The notes beneath the pieces are model-generated. The model did no database searches. It had not been told where the DNA came from and saw only the letters and a program-made list of their open reading frames with translations. Below, one piece after another: positions 9,218 to 19,116 of a stretch of 51,724 nt of DNA. This DNA is from Candidatus Borrarchaeum weybense (GTDB lineage Archaea; Asgardarchaeota; Sifarchaeia; Borrarchaeales; Borrarchaeaceae). The position numbers and the translations under genes were made by a program. Positions within the stretch are counted from its first letter, which is position 1. Every line of letters starts with the position of its first letter. The stretch spans positions 1 to 51,724 of the forward strand of contig JAHQJS010000001.1 in the NCBI GenBank assembly GCA_019057385.1, given 5' to 3'.

Positions 9218-10174
9218 ATGAAAGAAATAGAACGTCCAAAATTTAAAGACTATACTAATCAACCAGTGAATTTCCTCCAACCAAAACTGGATGGTCATTT
9301 CACTATGATTAAGAAAACTGCAGGTTCTTATATCTGCACAACTAAAAACGACATAGACATCACAGATAAGTTGCTCAAGATAAGCCATATAAAGCAAGAG
9401 TTGGATAGCTTACCTGATGATAGCTGTGTCATGGCCGAGCGGCATAGCCCTGGCGTTCCTGCTTCCAGTGTTCCAACATTACTCAACGACGCAGATGAGA
9501 GAATGATGCTTACAGTTTTCGCTGCTCCTATACTGCATGGCGTAGATTTTTCAGATACAGATCTCGGATTTGTAATGTTAAAGGTGAAGCAACTTGGATT
9601 AAGTGTCGCTGCAGTTACAAAAGTTAGAACCGAATTTGTGGATGAAAAAGGCAAGCAGGCGTTGCTTGAACTGGCTATACAAAACAAATGGGAAGGATGG
9701 GTTTTAAAAGAGTCACATATGTCGGGCTGGTATAAGTTAAAGCCTGTAAAGACCATTGACGGCTTCGTAATCAATACTTACAAGTCAACCAGTGATAGTT
9801 TCAAAGGTGGATTGAAATGTATTCGTATTGGAGTGTGGAATGAGGATGGCTCAATTCGTGATCTTGGAACCGCAGGGAATGGGTTCAAGAAGCCGTATCG
9901 TTTGCAATTCATGTCAGAGGAACGAATAGCCGAAGCGCGTAAAGAATTCCTTAACACAACTAAACTAAAGGATGAAAAATTAGAGGAAGAACTTGCGATA
10001 TATGATTTACCTCGACTTGAATTTGATTCATTACTAAATAAAGTTTGTGAAATCGCGTATGATAGCATTCCGGTTAAAGGTGGAAAATTACGATTTCCAC
10101 GTTTCATCAGATGGCGGGATGATAAAGATATAAATGATTGCACGATAGACCAGTTGGGAGAGGAATATGAATGA
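9218..10174 (+). CDS. lig: ATP-dependent DNA ligase
   Basis: QPKLDG, EGWVLK, WYKLKP, C-terminal LRFPRFIRWRDDK motif VI. Confidence 0.9.
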   Translation: MKEIERPKFKDYTNQPVNFLQPKLDGHFTMIKKTAGSYICTTKNDIDITDKLLKISHIKQELDSLPDDSCVMAERHSPGVPASSVPTLLNDADERMMLTVFAAPILHGVDFSDTDLGFVMLKVKQLGLSVAAVTKVRTEFVDEKGKQALLELAIQNKWEGWVLKESHMSGWYKLKPVKTIDGFVINTYKSTSDSFKGGLKCIRIGVWNEDGSIRDLGTAGNGFKKPYRLQFMSEERIAEARKEFLNTTKLKDEKLEEELAIYDLPRLEFDSLLNKVCEIAYDSIPVKGGKLRFPRFIRWRDDKDINDCTIDQLGEEYE

Positions 10175-10985
10175 TAGCGTGTTTAATGTAGTCGTTACAA
10201 ATGAATGTAACGCGAGTTGTCCTTACTGTATATCCGAGCAAACTCCGGAAGTTTGCAAGGATTATTCCGAGTTTAATTTTTGCAAATTCTATAAGGCGAT
10301 TCAGTATGCTGAAAGATCCGGGATTTTAACTTGCAAGTTGACCGGAAAGAGAGGAGATCCTCTCTGCTGTGATAAGGAGGCCTTCCAGATAATCATGAGC
10401 TATGTTCGAGAAAGGTTTCCAATTCTTGAGCTTCAAACCAACGGAACCTTGCTTAATGAGGAAAAAGTTAAATGGTTAAAAGGAACAGGAATAAACTTAA
10501 TTGCTATATCCTGTGTGCATTACGAGGAAAGCAAGAACACGGATCTTTACGGACTTCATTATCCAAATCTAATTGAAGTAGTAGATCTTCTTCATAAATA
10601 TGGTTTATCTGTTCGCTTAAGCTGTACTCTTATCAAAGGCTATATTGATGACCATTTCAAGATTGATGAATTCTTAGAATACTTCAAAGGTAGCAACATT
10701 GAGCAATTCAGTTTCATTCCGGTAGGGCACAATGGTGATAATATCTATGCCCAATGGGCGAAGCAGCGAGAAGTTCGCAAACATATTGTCTACAATAATA
10801 TTAAAGCAAATGGAACACTTTTGCGGAAAACTCCTTATGGCGGCCTCATTTATGATTATGAGGGCAAGAATGTTTATATAGCTGATTGTCTCAGTGGAAC
10901 GGTAGAAGGAATACGCAGTCTTATCTTTTATCCAGATGGTCACTTAAGATACAGCTGGACTAAACCTGGAGCAATTATATTCTGA
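10167..10985 (+). CDS. radical SAM protein
   Basis: CNASCPYC, LTG..GDP, LQTNG. Confidence 0.85.
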   Translation: MNDSVFNVVVTNECNASCPYCISEQTPEVCKDYSEFNFCKFYKAIQYAERSGILTCKLTGKRGDPLCCDKEAFQIIMSYVRERFPILELQTNGTLLNEEKVKWLKGTGINLIAISCVHYEESKNTDLYGLHYPNLIEVVDLLHKYGLSVRLSCTLIKGYIDDHFKIDEFLEYFKGSNIEQFSFIPVGHNGDNIYAQWAKQREVRKHIVYNNIKANGTLLRKTPYGGLIYDYEGKNVYIADCLSGTVEGIRSLIFYPDGHLRYSWTKPGAIIF

Positions 10986-10994
10986 GGTAGCGGA

Positions 10995-11630
10995 ATGAAA
11001 GTAATTCAACTAATGAGTGGAGGAATGGATTCAGTTGGTCAGGCATTGCTTCTCAAAGCGGAAGGCCATCTGATCCAACCACTATATGTTAAGTTCAGAA
11101 TAGGTGGAGGAAAGCAAGCTAAAGAGATTGCTGCGGTTACCAAGATATCAAGTATTGTTGGATTTCCTAAACCTATAATTGTAACGCATCGAATAAGAAA
11201 AGAAGAATATGCTACAAGAGATCAAAAGTTAGTGCAGATTGCCGGAACAGTTGCTAGGCAAATAGAATTTGAAGCAGTTGCAATCGCCACCTCATACTAT
11301 CCAGATGAAGAGCCAGTTGCTAACATTGATTGGGCAGATTTGAATCCGGAAAACCTTGAAGAAGCTGCCGGGATGAAAGTTATTACATTGGAGATGCATA
11401 AAGCTGCGCTACTTCAAAAGCTCAGCCCAGAAAATCGAGAATTGTTATTCAACACGACGAGCTGCCAAATGTGGTGGAAGGATGAGTGTGGAAGATGCTA
11501 TCGTTGTGCCGAAAGGCATGCCGCATTCATCTCTCTATTGGGATATGACAAGACACGATATATGCATGATCCAAAGCAGGCGAAGAAATGGGAATTCATG
11601 ATTAAACAAGAATCGAAGGTTTTGATATGA
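10995..11630 (+). CDS. queC: QueC-like PP-loop ATPase (7-cyano-7-deazaguanine synthase family), divergent
   Basis: SGGMDS PP-loop and C-terminal TTSC..CGRCYRC..R zinc site. Confidence 0.7.
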   Translation: MKVIQLMSGGMDSVGQALLLKAEGHLIQPLYVKFRIGGGKQAKEIAAVTKISSIVGFPKPIIVTHRIRKEEYATRDQKLVQIAGTVARQIEFEAVAIATSYYPDEEPVANIDWADLNPENLEEAAGMKVITLEMHKAALLQKLSPENRELLFNTTSCQMWWKDECGRCYRCAERHAAFISLLGYDKTRYMHDPKQAKKWEFMIKQESKVLI

Positions 11631-11921
11631 GAATTCCAAGAATCAACCCAAGCGATTTTACATGGCAGTTGTGGAAAGGTGCCAGTTTATTAGATTTGGG
11701 TTTGAAAACTCGATGTGCTGATTAATAGACAACAAAGAGATATTGAGGAAGTATGCTATTGGATATTGCAAGGCTGATGAGGTACCTTGTAGACCTAAAC
11801 CAGATTGCTATGCAGTTATGTTTTTTAAGCCAGAGGATGAGGAGGATGAAGAAGTCCATTTTTGGACGCATTTAATGGATTTTGAATTTAATCAAATATT
11901 CAAATAATTTTCATTTTTTAC

Positions 11922-11959
11922 TTGTAAAACCCTTCAAAATATATTATACTTTATATATA
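11922..11959 (+). promoter_or_regulatory. conserved phage sigma70-type promoter, copy 2
   Basis: TTGTAA-17 nt-TATACT then TTATATATA; spacer shares CCTTCAAAATA with copy 1. Confidence 0.8.
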
Positions 11960-11987
11960 AGAGGTTATTTTTTTGAAGGAGTTAGAA

Positions 11988-12212
11988 ATGCATAGTACAC
12001 AAATTGACAAAATGCCAGGTTTAATCCCGATAGATGCAGTTAAGAATCTTGGGTGGCACAAAGTCTTCTTCAATAAAGTTACCGAAGGAGGTGGCGATTC
12101 TAATTGTATAATAGAATCAGATGATGGTGTTCGCTACGCTTGTAATCATTTTGGTACTGGCTTCGAGATTAGGTATCAACTACCTGCCACTGCAACTATT
12201 GTTAAGGAATGA
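11988..12212 (+). CDS. hypothetical early protein
   Basis: SD AAGGAG directly after promoter copy 2. Confidence 0.6.
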   Translation: MHSTQIDKMPGLIPIDAVKNLGWHKVFFNKVTEGGGDSNCIIESDDGVRYACNHFGTGFEIRYQLPATATIVKE

Positions 12213-12633
12213 AAATGGAAGCAGGATTTACCGGAACACAAAATGGCATGACCCTCAAGCAAAAGCTCATGCTTGTGGATGTTCTTGATGGGCTACGCGT
12301 TACGAAGCTTCATCATGGAGATTGTATAGGAGCTGATGAAGAAGCTCATATATTAGCTCGTTACATCTTCAAGATGGATGTTGTCGTTCATCCTCCGGAT
12401 AATGATAGCAAAAGAGCTTTTTGCAAAGGAGCAGTTGAGGTTAGAGATGCAAAACCCTATCTGGAAAGGAATGATGATATAGCTGAAGAGGGTGAAGTTC
12501 TCATTGCTGCTCCAAAAGAGTATGTGGAAATTCAAAGGTCTGGAACTTGGGCTACTATCCGATACGCCAGAAAAAAAGGAAAACAATTATTATTATTTAT
12601 CCGGATGGAACCGCTAAGGTTGAGGAGAATTAA
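12209..12633 (+). CDS. SLOG/DprA-like Rossmann-fold protein with apparent frameshift near the C-terminus (~12582)
   Basis: GFTGT, LHHGDCIGAD, YLERNDDI, RSGTWATIRYAR. The expected tail IIIIYPDG is in a shifted frame ending at TAA 12633. Confidence 0.7.
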
Positions 12634-12634
12634 G

Positions 12635-12885
12635 ATGGCGATACGAGTATATCATATAGAAAATGGAACGAAATTGCATATTGATATTCTCGGTGAGCCA
12701 GGCGAAAAGATGTGACACTAACCACAAATGGCGATTCGATTATCATAAGCATCTTGGAAAATAAGAATGAGTATGCAGAGCGAGTTACTGTTAGTCAGGA
12801 AAGTTTGATTCGTGCAGTTCAGTTAATCTCAGCTTTTCAGAAAACTAAAGCACTCGAGTTAATATTCAAAAATCAAAAGGGATAG
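12635..12885 (+). pseudogene. hypothetical protein with frameshift at ~12705
   Basis: SD GAGGAG, MAIRVYHIENG..GEK, then DVTLTTNGDSIIIS..KG* in a shifted frame at an A-run. Confidence 0.5.
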
Positions 12886-13048
12886 ATGGAATCACAAAAA
12901 GTAAAAGTTCAACGTAGGGATAAGGTATCATCCAGTTGGATCTCAGATTGGTACAAGAGGCAAGAACAACTGAAGAGATTAGTTGAGGCGTATGAAAATC
13001 ATGAGATGCATCCAGAGAGGATAAATTACTTAGCTTAGAAAGGATAAA

Positions 13049-13243
13049 ATGGAAGATATAGTAGTAGAAGAGGTAATAACCAAATACTGGTTGGAGCACT
13101 ACGCCACTGAACATTGCACTCTTTGCGGGAACCATGGTAAAATAGATACAACAGGACTCAAGACACCCGCAGGTCACGAAGTAGGTAGAGTAAACTACTG
13201 TATCTGCCCGAATGGCCAAGCATTAAGGAAAGTAGGTAAGTGA
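13049..13243 (+). CDS. small zinc-finger protein
   Basis: CTLCGNHG..YCICPNG. Confidence 0.65.
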   Translation: MEDIVVEEVITKYWLEHYATEHCTLCGNHGKIDTTGLKTPAGHEVGRVNYCICPNGQALRKVGK

Positions 13244-13246
13244 GCA

Positions 13247-13504
13247 ATGGACGGTAGAAGAATAGTAAAATCAGATGGAGTTTTTCCATATAGGCTTCGA
13301 GAAGGTATGAGGCGTCAAATTATAAATATGTTTATGAATAGTGGTAGAAGCTTTCACAGTTCAAGAGCGCAAACTTTAGGAGTTATAATCGAACACTGTA
13401 TCAAAAACAACATCGATTTCATTTTGAAAGGCCATCCGGATAAAGGATATTACATAACAAGTGATAATTTGATACAAGTTGCAGAACTTCTTGATAAAAA
13501 ATAA
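13247..13504 (+). CDS. hypothetical protein
   Basis: ORF packed within the gene run. Confidence 0.55.
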   Translation: MDGRRIVKSDGVFPYRLREGMRRQIINMFMNSGRSFHSSRAQTLGVIIEHCIKNNIDFILKGHPDKGYYITSDNLIQVAELLDKK

Positions 13505-13519
13505 ATCCAGGAGAGAAAG

Positions 13520-13840
13520 ATGAAAACCAAACCGAAACCAACTAAAGGTTTGCAAGAGATTAATGTTTTCCAATTCGAGAGGGGAAATCAGGGAGCAGCT
13601 TCCTTGATGGGAACAATCAAGCGTATTGTGCACAAGGCATCCGCAGTATATCCTGAACGAGATGGTTGTGCTCAAAGTCCGCTTCGCTCCCGCTCATATT
13701 TTTGGATCACATTGTTCCGCAAGAGTAGACAGAAATGGCCTGTGTACTATCAAGAAGAAGATCCAGAAAGAAAGTGGCTAACTCCTGGATGGCATTTGTG
13801 CTTGCCATCGGATGTTAACATCAGCACACTTTGGAGGTAA
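13520..13840 (+). CDS. hypothetical protein
   Basis: SD AGGAG; abuts rtcB. Confidence 0.55.
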   Translation: MKTKPKPTKGLQEINVFQFERGNQGAASLMGTIKRIVHKASAVYPERDGCAQSPLRSRSYFWITLFRKSRQKWPVYYQEEDPERKWLTPGWHLCLPSDVNISTLWR

Positions 13841-13841
13841 A

Positions 13842-15011
13842 ATGAATCACGTAATAACAACTGAAAGAATACCAATTAAGCTATGGCTTAGTGAGATGGA
13901 TGATATAGCTATGGAGCAGGCAAAGCACTTGGCTAATCTTCCTTTCGCTTTCAAACATATAGCGATTATGCCAGATGCCCATGCGGGATATGGTATGCTA
14001 GTAGGCGGTGTGCTTGCCACTGATGATGTTATCATACCAAATGCAGTTGGTGTTGATATAGGCTGTGGGATGATGGCAGCAAGGACGAACCTTGAGGAGA
14101 TAGATATAGATTCTCTGAAGAGGATTATGAGAAAGATTCGAAGGCAGATTCCTGTTGGATTTAATCATCATAAGGATTCACAACCAGCGATGCTTCTACC
14201 CAAAAATTTCACGGAGCGGAAGATTGTCAAAGAACAATTTGAAGCGGCTCGCTGCCAGCTTGGGACACTTGGTGGAGGAAACCATTTCATTGAGATACAA
14301 AAAGGTTCAGATGGATTTATCTGGATTATGATTCATTCCGGATCTCGAAATGTTGGGAAGAAAGTAGCTGATTATTACAATAAACTGGCCGCTCATCTTA
14401 ACGAGAAATGGGCTGTCTCCGTTCCAAAAGAATGGCAGTTGGCTTTTTTGCCTATGACTTCCAAAGAAGGAATACAATATCTTCAAGAAATGCAATGGTG
14501 TGTTAGCTTTGCTTTACGTAATAGAAATCACATGATGTCCAGAATTGTTAATATCTTCTGTGAAGAATTCAATAAACTTTCGGAAGACTTAGCACAGATG
14601 ACCATAAACATTGCTCACAACTATGCCGAAGTTGAGAATCACTTTGGTAAGGATGTAGTTGTGCATAGAAAAGGAGCCACAAAAGCGATATCCGGCGGTC
14701 TTGGGATTACTCCCGGCAGCCAAGGTTCGAGTAGTTATATTGTAATCGGAAAAAGCAATCCACTGAGTTTTAACTCTTGCTCGCATGGTGCTGGCAGAGT
14801 AATGGGAAGAAGACAAGCGAGAGAAAGTTTATCCCTGGAAGAAGAAAAAGCTAATCTGGATAGTCGGGGAATACTGCATTCAATTCGAAGTGCAAAAGAT
14901 TTGGATGAAGCTCCAGGAGCTTACAAGGATATCTCAGAAGTGATGAAAAATCAAGAAGACTTGGTTGAAATCGCAATTGAATTAAAACCATTAGCAGTAG
15001 TGAAAGGATAA
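13842..15011 (+). CDS. rtcB: RtcB family 3'-phosphate/5'-OH RNA ligase
   Basis: MPDAHAGYG, VGVDIGCGM, LGTLGGGNHFIE, IHSGSR, HNY, HRKGAT, SCSHGAGR, DEAPGAYKDI, LKPLAVVKG. Confidence 0.97.
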   Translation: MNHVITTERIPIKLWLSEMDDIAMEQAKHLANLPFAFKHIAIMPDAHAGYGMLVGGVLATDDVIIPNAVGVDIGCGMMAARTNLEEIDIDSLKRIMRKIRRQIPVGFNHHKDSQPAMLLPKNFTERKIVKEQFEAARCQLGTLGGGNHFIEIQKGSDGFIWIMIHSGSRNVGKKVADYYNKLAAHLNEKWAVSVPKEWQLAFLPMTSKEGIQYLQEMQWCVSFALRNRNHMMSRIVNIFCEEFNKLSEDLAQMTINIAHNYAEVENHFGKDVVVHRKGATKAISGGLGITPGSQGSSSYIVIGKSNPLSFNSCSHGAGRVMGRRQARESLSLEEEKANLDSRGILHSIRSAKDLDEAPGAYKDISEVMKNQEDLVEIAIELKPLAVVKG

Positions 15012-15012
15012 A

Positions 15013-15393
15013 ATGGAAACACTAATCATATTAATGATTTTGACAAACGCAGCTGTACTTATTATCAATGTTATAACACTAAAAAATATGACTTGCAAAC
15101 TATCGAGCTTAAATCAAAAGCTCGAAGTTCAAAGGATTTATCATCAAAGTAGGAACAGAATACTACAAGTCACGGGCGATGGAAAATCTGGATATTTTAG
15201 ACAGTTAGCTGTTGCTGATTTAGTTTATAAAAATAACCATAATGGAACTTATCATATTTTGAAAAATCGATATGGAAAGCACGGCCAGGTGACAGCAGAG
15301 GAGATGATTAAAATTTTGCATGATATCGCGATTAGAGAGGACACTCTGCTCCACACCTCAGTAAAAAGGGAAGAGTATGGGCTAAAGTCGTAG
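15013..15393 (+). CDS. hypothetical protein with N-terminal transmembrane helix
   Basis: Hydrophobic N-terminus; ILKNRYG motif. Confidence 0.55.
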   Translation: METLIILMILTNAAVLIINVITLKNMTCKLSSLNQKLEVQRIYHQSRNRILQVTGDGKSGYFRQLAVADLVYKNNHNGTYHILKNRYGKHGQVTAEEMIKILHDIAIREDTLLHTSVKREEYGLKS

Positions 15394-15486
15394 CAATCTA
15401 CTCTGCTCAGAAGTGGGCGTACAAATGCTATAAAGAACTCCGAAAGCTAAACTCGACCATGAAGAACATCGAGACATCCTTAACTT

Positions 15487-15816
15487 ATGGGAAGAGAGAT
15501 AATGAATGACGCATTCTACATACTAAAAGGCAAAAGAGTTGTCGAGTGTGATGATGTCCATAAATGGGCTAAAGCGATGGGGAAAACCAAGTCCGTTCGC
15601 AAAACTCGTCTCCCAAACGGCGTGCTCATAAGCACTTTGTTTTTAGGACGAGACTGTTCTTTCTTAGATGAAGGAGCTCCCATGTTATTTGAGACGATGG
15701 TTATTGGTGGAAAGTTTGACCAGAAGTACGAGAGATATCCAACTTATGATGACGCAGTAAAAGGCCATAGACTTATAGTTAAACTCGTAAAAAAGGCTGA
15801 GGGCTACATTCTATAA
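15487..15816 (+). CDS. hypothetical phage protein
   Basis: ISTLFLG.D..P.LFETMV.GG..RY.TYDDA..GH pattern, recalled from small phage proteins. Confidence 0.7.
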   Translation: MGREIMNDAFYILKGKRVVECDDVHKWAKAMGKTKSVRKTRLPNGVLISTLFLGRDCSFLDEGAPMLFETMVIGGKFDQKYERYPTYDDAVKGHRLIVKLVKKAEGYIL

Positions 15817-16015
15817 TGTCGAAGGATAAAGTATATCTTATAAAATGGTACTGCCATCATTGTGGAAATTTCTGCCAAAAACATGAGATATACCCCGCCG
15901 CTTTTGTTCCAGCATCTGTTATATGTATGAAATGCGGAAGAAAGTTGAAAGGACACAGAGTATCTACTGCAGATGGTAAAACTATGGTTTGGGTTGAATA
16001 TAGATAGGAGCTGAT

Positions 16016-16261
16016 ATGAACAGACGATGCTTCATCAAATCTTTAGTATTATGTGTTACTTCTATATTTGTAACGAAGAAGGCAGAACCGAAGGCAGAAC
16101 CGAAGGCAGAACCGAAGTTACGTTACTATACTCCTCCAGATAAACCTTTCACCATTCGAATACTAAATTTTCCGGAGCCACAAGTTTATAAACATGTTAA
16201 ATGTTTCCGTACTTATCATAATTTTTGTCCAATTTGCGAGTTACAGAATAGGAGAAGTTGA
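16016..16261 (+). CDS. small protein with twin-arginine-like N-terminus and KAEP repeats
   Basis: MNRRCFIKSL; (KAEP)3; CPIC; SD AGGAG. Confidence 0.6.
   Translation: MNRRCFIKSLVLCVTSIFVTKKAEPKAEPKAEPKLRYYTPPDKPFTIRILNFPEPQVYKHVKCFRTYHNFCPICELQNRRS
16078..16117 (+). repeat. 12-bp tandem repeat GAAGGCAGAACC x3.3
   Basis: Directly visible, in frame. Confidence 0.9.
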
Positions 16262-16620
16262 TGCTTTGGAAGAGAGATGAAATACGAAAATTGTTAGAAG
16301 ACTTGGATTGTTCAATTAGAGAAGTAGGTCCTGGCGGGGATTGGGATATCACTGGATTTTCAATAGTGCCCAATGATAGTGAAGAATGGATTTCAATAAC
16401 ACCTTTTAAGGATCCTGCAGAAGAATCAAATAGTAGTAATGCATCAGAAGATGAATTAGATAACTGTGAAATCTACGCCATTGAGGTGCGAACTGATGGA
16501 GATTGTGAAGGCGGGCTTCAAACTGAGGATGAAAAAGAAGGTGCAGTTTATGGGAGGATATGCGCTAGGCTTACAAAAGCAGGTTTTTATGTGATACCAC
16601 ATTATGATAAAATATTTTAG
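16258..16620 (+). CDS. acidic hypothetical protein
   Basis: SD AGGAG; D/E-rich. Confidence 0.6.
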   Translation: MMLWKRDEIRKLLEDLDCSIREVGPGGDWDITGFSIVPNDSEEWISITPFKDPAEESNSSNASEDELDNCEIYAIEVRTDGDCEGGLQTEDEKEGAVYGRICARLTKAGFYVIPHYDKIF

Positions 16621-16629
16621 AGGCTAAAA

Positions 16630-16911
16630 ATGATATATCAAGGTAAAATCATTTGTGACAACTGTGGAGCGGATTTGGATTACGTGCTCGTGGATGGGTA
16701 TGCCTTTGGAGATAGAATGATGGAAGGCGTTATGTTCAGAGTCCGGCTCTTCGAAGATAGATGGATATGTGATGGTGTGAGAGATGAGGATAAAGCATAC
16801 ATGTCAAAATTTGACTGGAAGTATTGGAAGTCTCGATGTGAAGAGTACTGCCAGGCAAATGACCTCGCCCAATGTCCTCTTTGTGGTGAAGAAGAAGTTT
16901 TAGTTGAATAG
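16630..16911 (+). CDS. zinc-ribbon hypothetical protein
   Basis: CDNC..CPLC. Confidence 0.65.
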   Translation: MIYQGKIICDNCGADLDYVLVDGYAFGDRMMEGVMFRVRLFEDRWICDGVRDEDKAYMSKFDWKYWKSRCEEYCQANDLAQCPLCGEEEVLVE

Positions 16912-17261
16912 GAACGATATGGCAAAAAGATTATGCAAAGGCACTTTTCCCACTCATGAAGAAGCGGGAAAAATACGCAAGCAACTAGAGACTAATCCTG
17001 AAGTTTGTGATAATTGTCCTTTCGAGAAATGCAGCTTTGCTGAGTATTTATGGGGCTCCAAAGATCAAAAATGAAATGCCCGGTATGCAACTCTCAAAGA
17101 TTACAGCAAGCAGCTCTTGCGAGCAACCCTCCGCTATATGAGTACTCTTGCCCGAGCTGCAACTGGGGACTTCGATATTTTCAGAGGGAGGATCCACGGG
17201 TTAGATTAACCGAGAAGGAAAAGAAAGAAACTAAAAAGTTGATAAAATCATGATTTTTTAT

Positions 17262-17299
17262 TTGGAATTCAATCAATTATCATGTATAATTTATATATA
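17262..17299 (+). promoter_or_regulatory. conserved phage sigma70-type promoter, copy 3
   Basis: TTGGAA-17 nt-TATAAT then TTATATATA; upstream CATGATTTTTT. Confidence 0.8.
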
Positions 17300-17344
17300 C
17301 AGGTAGTATAAATTAACCAAACTAACTTAATTTTGGAGGTAAAA

Positions 17345-18364
17345 ATGGACGTAAAAGAATTGAAGGGCGTAATGACCAAGGATGAGTTGTTGGGACAGGT
17401 TCGGGCTTATGAGGATGCCGAGCCAATAGAGGTGGAACTTGGGCAGGATGTCAGCTTTGATGTTGATAAAGAAGGAAAAGCCAAGATTTCCCATAAGAAA
17501 GGCACAACCGATTTAAGCCCCGCTGCCTTTGGTAAGCTGGTTGCGAATATTGGATTGCCAAGACCGTACCTTTCAAAAATTCCGGTGGAGAAGAGGAACA
17601 AGCTTATTGTTCCGCATCTTGAGCATTTTTATCAAGATGAGTTGGCTGGCAACATACTTCGCCTGCTAACTATCCAGAACAATGCAATCGATATCGTGCC
17701 GAAAGCTAATTTCAAGCACGTCCCGATTTCACAGGTTCTGGACGCCATCGAGAGTGTTATGGGCAAGTCAATAGCTGGATTCCACAAAGCTTGGTTCGGC
17801 CCAGTATCATTCCAGTTCAGTATTCTCACTCCGAGAGAGGTGAATGTTACAGATGAGCATACCTATAACTCAGGTATCAGAATCGAACACAGCCTGACCG
17901 GTCAGGTGTCCACCAGAGTTTCACCATATCTGTTTAATCAATGGTGCACAAACGGAGCGACTACCGAACATAAAATCAAAGCCTGGAAGAGACGAAACCA
18001 GAAAGAAGACATCGGCGTTTGGCTGCAGAGAACGATAACTGAAGCGAACAAGTTGTTCGATAAAGAAGTCGACAGCCTCAGGAAGCTTTGCAATATCAAA
18101 GTAAAAGAGGATACTTCTGCAGTATTGGATTCAGTTCTGGAACAGTCGCTGGTTCCGAGAACCATCCAGAAGGAAGTTCGGAACACATTGATTGATGATG
18201 GTGCCGATAATTTGTACGACATCTACAATATCCTTACCAAAGTGGATACTCATAGCAATGTTTTCGAAGAGCATCCAAATTCAAAGGGTATTTTGGATCG
18301 AGTAGCAGCTAACCTGACCCATCACTCAAGACTATGCCCGGTCTGCCATAAGCAGATGAAGTAA
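17345..18364 (+). CDS. DUF932-like phage protein
   Basis: GIRIEHSLTG..V.PYL...WCTNG motif and NLYDIYNILT; SD GGAGGT. Confidence 0.7.
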   Translation: MDVKELKGVMTKDELLGQVRAYEDAEPIEVELGQDVSFDVDKEGKAKISHKKGTTDLSPAAFGKLVANIGLPRPYLSKIPVEKRNKLIVPHLEHFYQDELAGNILRLLTIQNNAIDIVPKANFKHVPISQVLDAIESVMGKSIAGFHKAWFGPVSFQFSILTPREVNVTDEHTYNSGIRIEHSLTGQVSTRVSPYLFNQWCTNGATTEHKIKAWKRRNQKEDIGVWLQRTITEANKLFDKEVDSLRKLCNIKVKEDTSAVLDSVLEQSLVPRTIQKEVRNTLIDDGADNLYDIYNILTKVDTHSNVFEEHPNSKGILDRVAANLTHHSRLCPVCHKQMK

Positions 18365-18536
18365 AAGTTTATCAATGGATTCGCCGCCTTTACCATGTGG
18401 AGGTTAGGGGTGGGATTGGTAGGTGGCCAGATCCGCTTCTGAGCTTGGAGGAAATGGTGTATCATCAAGCTATAAATGCATTGCATTAAAATAGTGGGAT
18501 GTAGCATACCAAGTTCTTTTTTTGAAATGAGGAGCT

Positions 18537-19109
18537 ATGGAAAAGAAAAATAGAATTACGAACACCAGTAAGCAAGATCCGATCATACATCTTGTAGAGA
18601 ATCTTGCGCCAGGTGGCATTGAACGTTCAGAAGCCAGAGGCCAGAAAGAATTGTGCAACAGTGAAGTACTTCCAACAAAAGGTCTTCAAAACATCAAAGA
18701 AGTTCTTGAAGCATTTGGTGCAGTATTCGGGGATGGCGTCGAAGGTGATCCACTATTTCGACACGTGACTTTGCCTGCTGGCTGGAAAAAAGTAGCCACC
18801 GATCATTCTATGTGGTCAAACTTGGTTGACGAGAAAGGCCGCAAAAGAGCGTCGATATTTTATAAAGCCTCATTTTACGACCGGGATGCTTTTATTCGAT
18901 TGTCTCAAAGGTACACAATAAGCAGCTATGAAAATGATGAGTATGCTATCGCCTTAGATGGTAAAGAAGTCATTCATCAATCACAACCTTTTGAGATTGT
19001 TGATGGAAGACCAACATACGAATCACGTGGCCAGCGAGAAGATGAAGTTAAGAAGTGGCTGGACGAGAATTTTCCCGAATGGAATGATCCGAGCAAATAT
19101 TGGGATTAA
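18537..19109 (+). CDS. hypothetical phage protein
   Basis: GIERSEARGQ, LPAGW..TDHSMWS.LVDEKGRKRASIFYKA.FYDRDA; SD GAGGAG. Confidence 0.75.
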   Translation: MEKKNRITNTSKQDPIIHLVENLAPGGIERSEARGQKELCNSEVLPTKGLQNIKEVLEAFGAVFGDGVEGDPLFRHVTLPAGWKKVATDHSMWSNLVDEKGRKRASIFYKASFYDRDAFIRLSQRYTISSYENDEYAIALDGKEVIHQSQPFEIVDGRPTYESRGQREDEVKKWLDENFPEWNDPSKYWD

Positions 19110-19116
19110 GTAAAAC

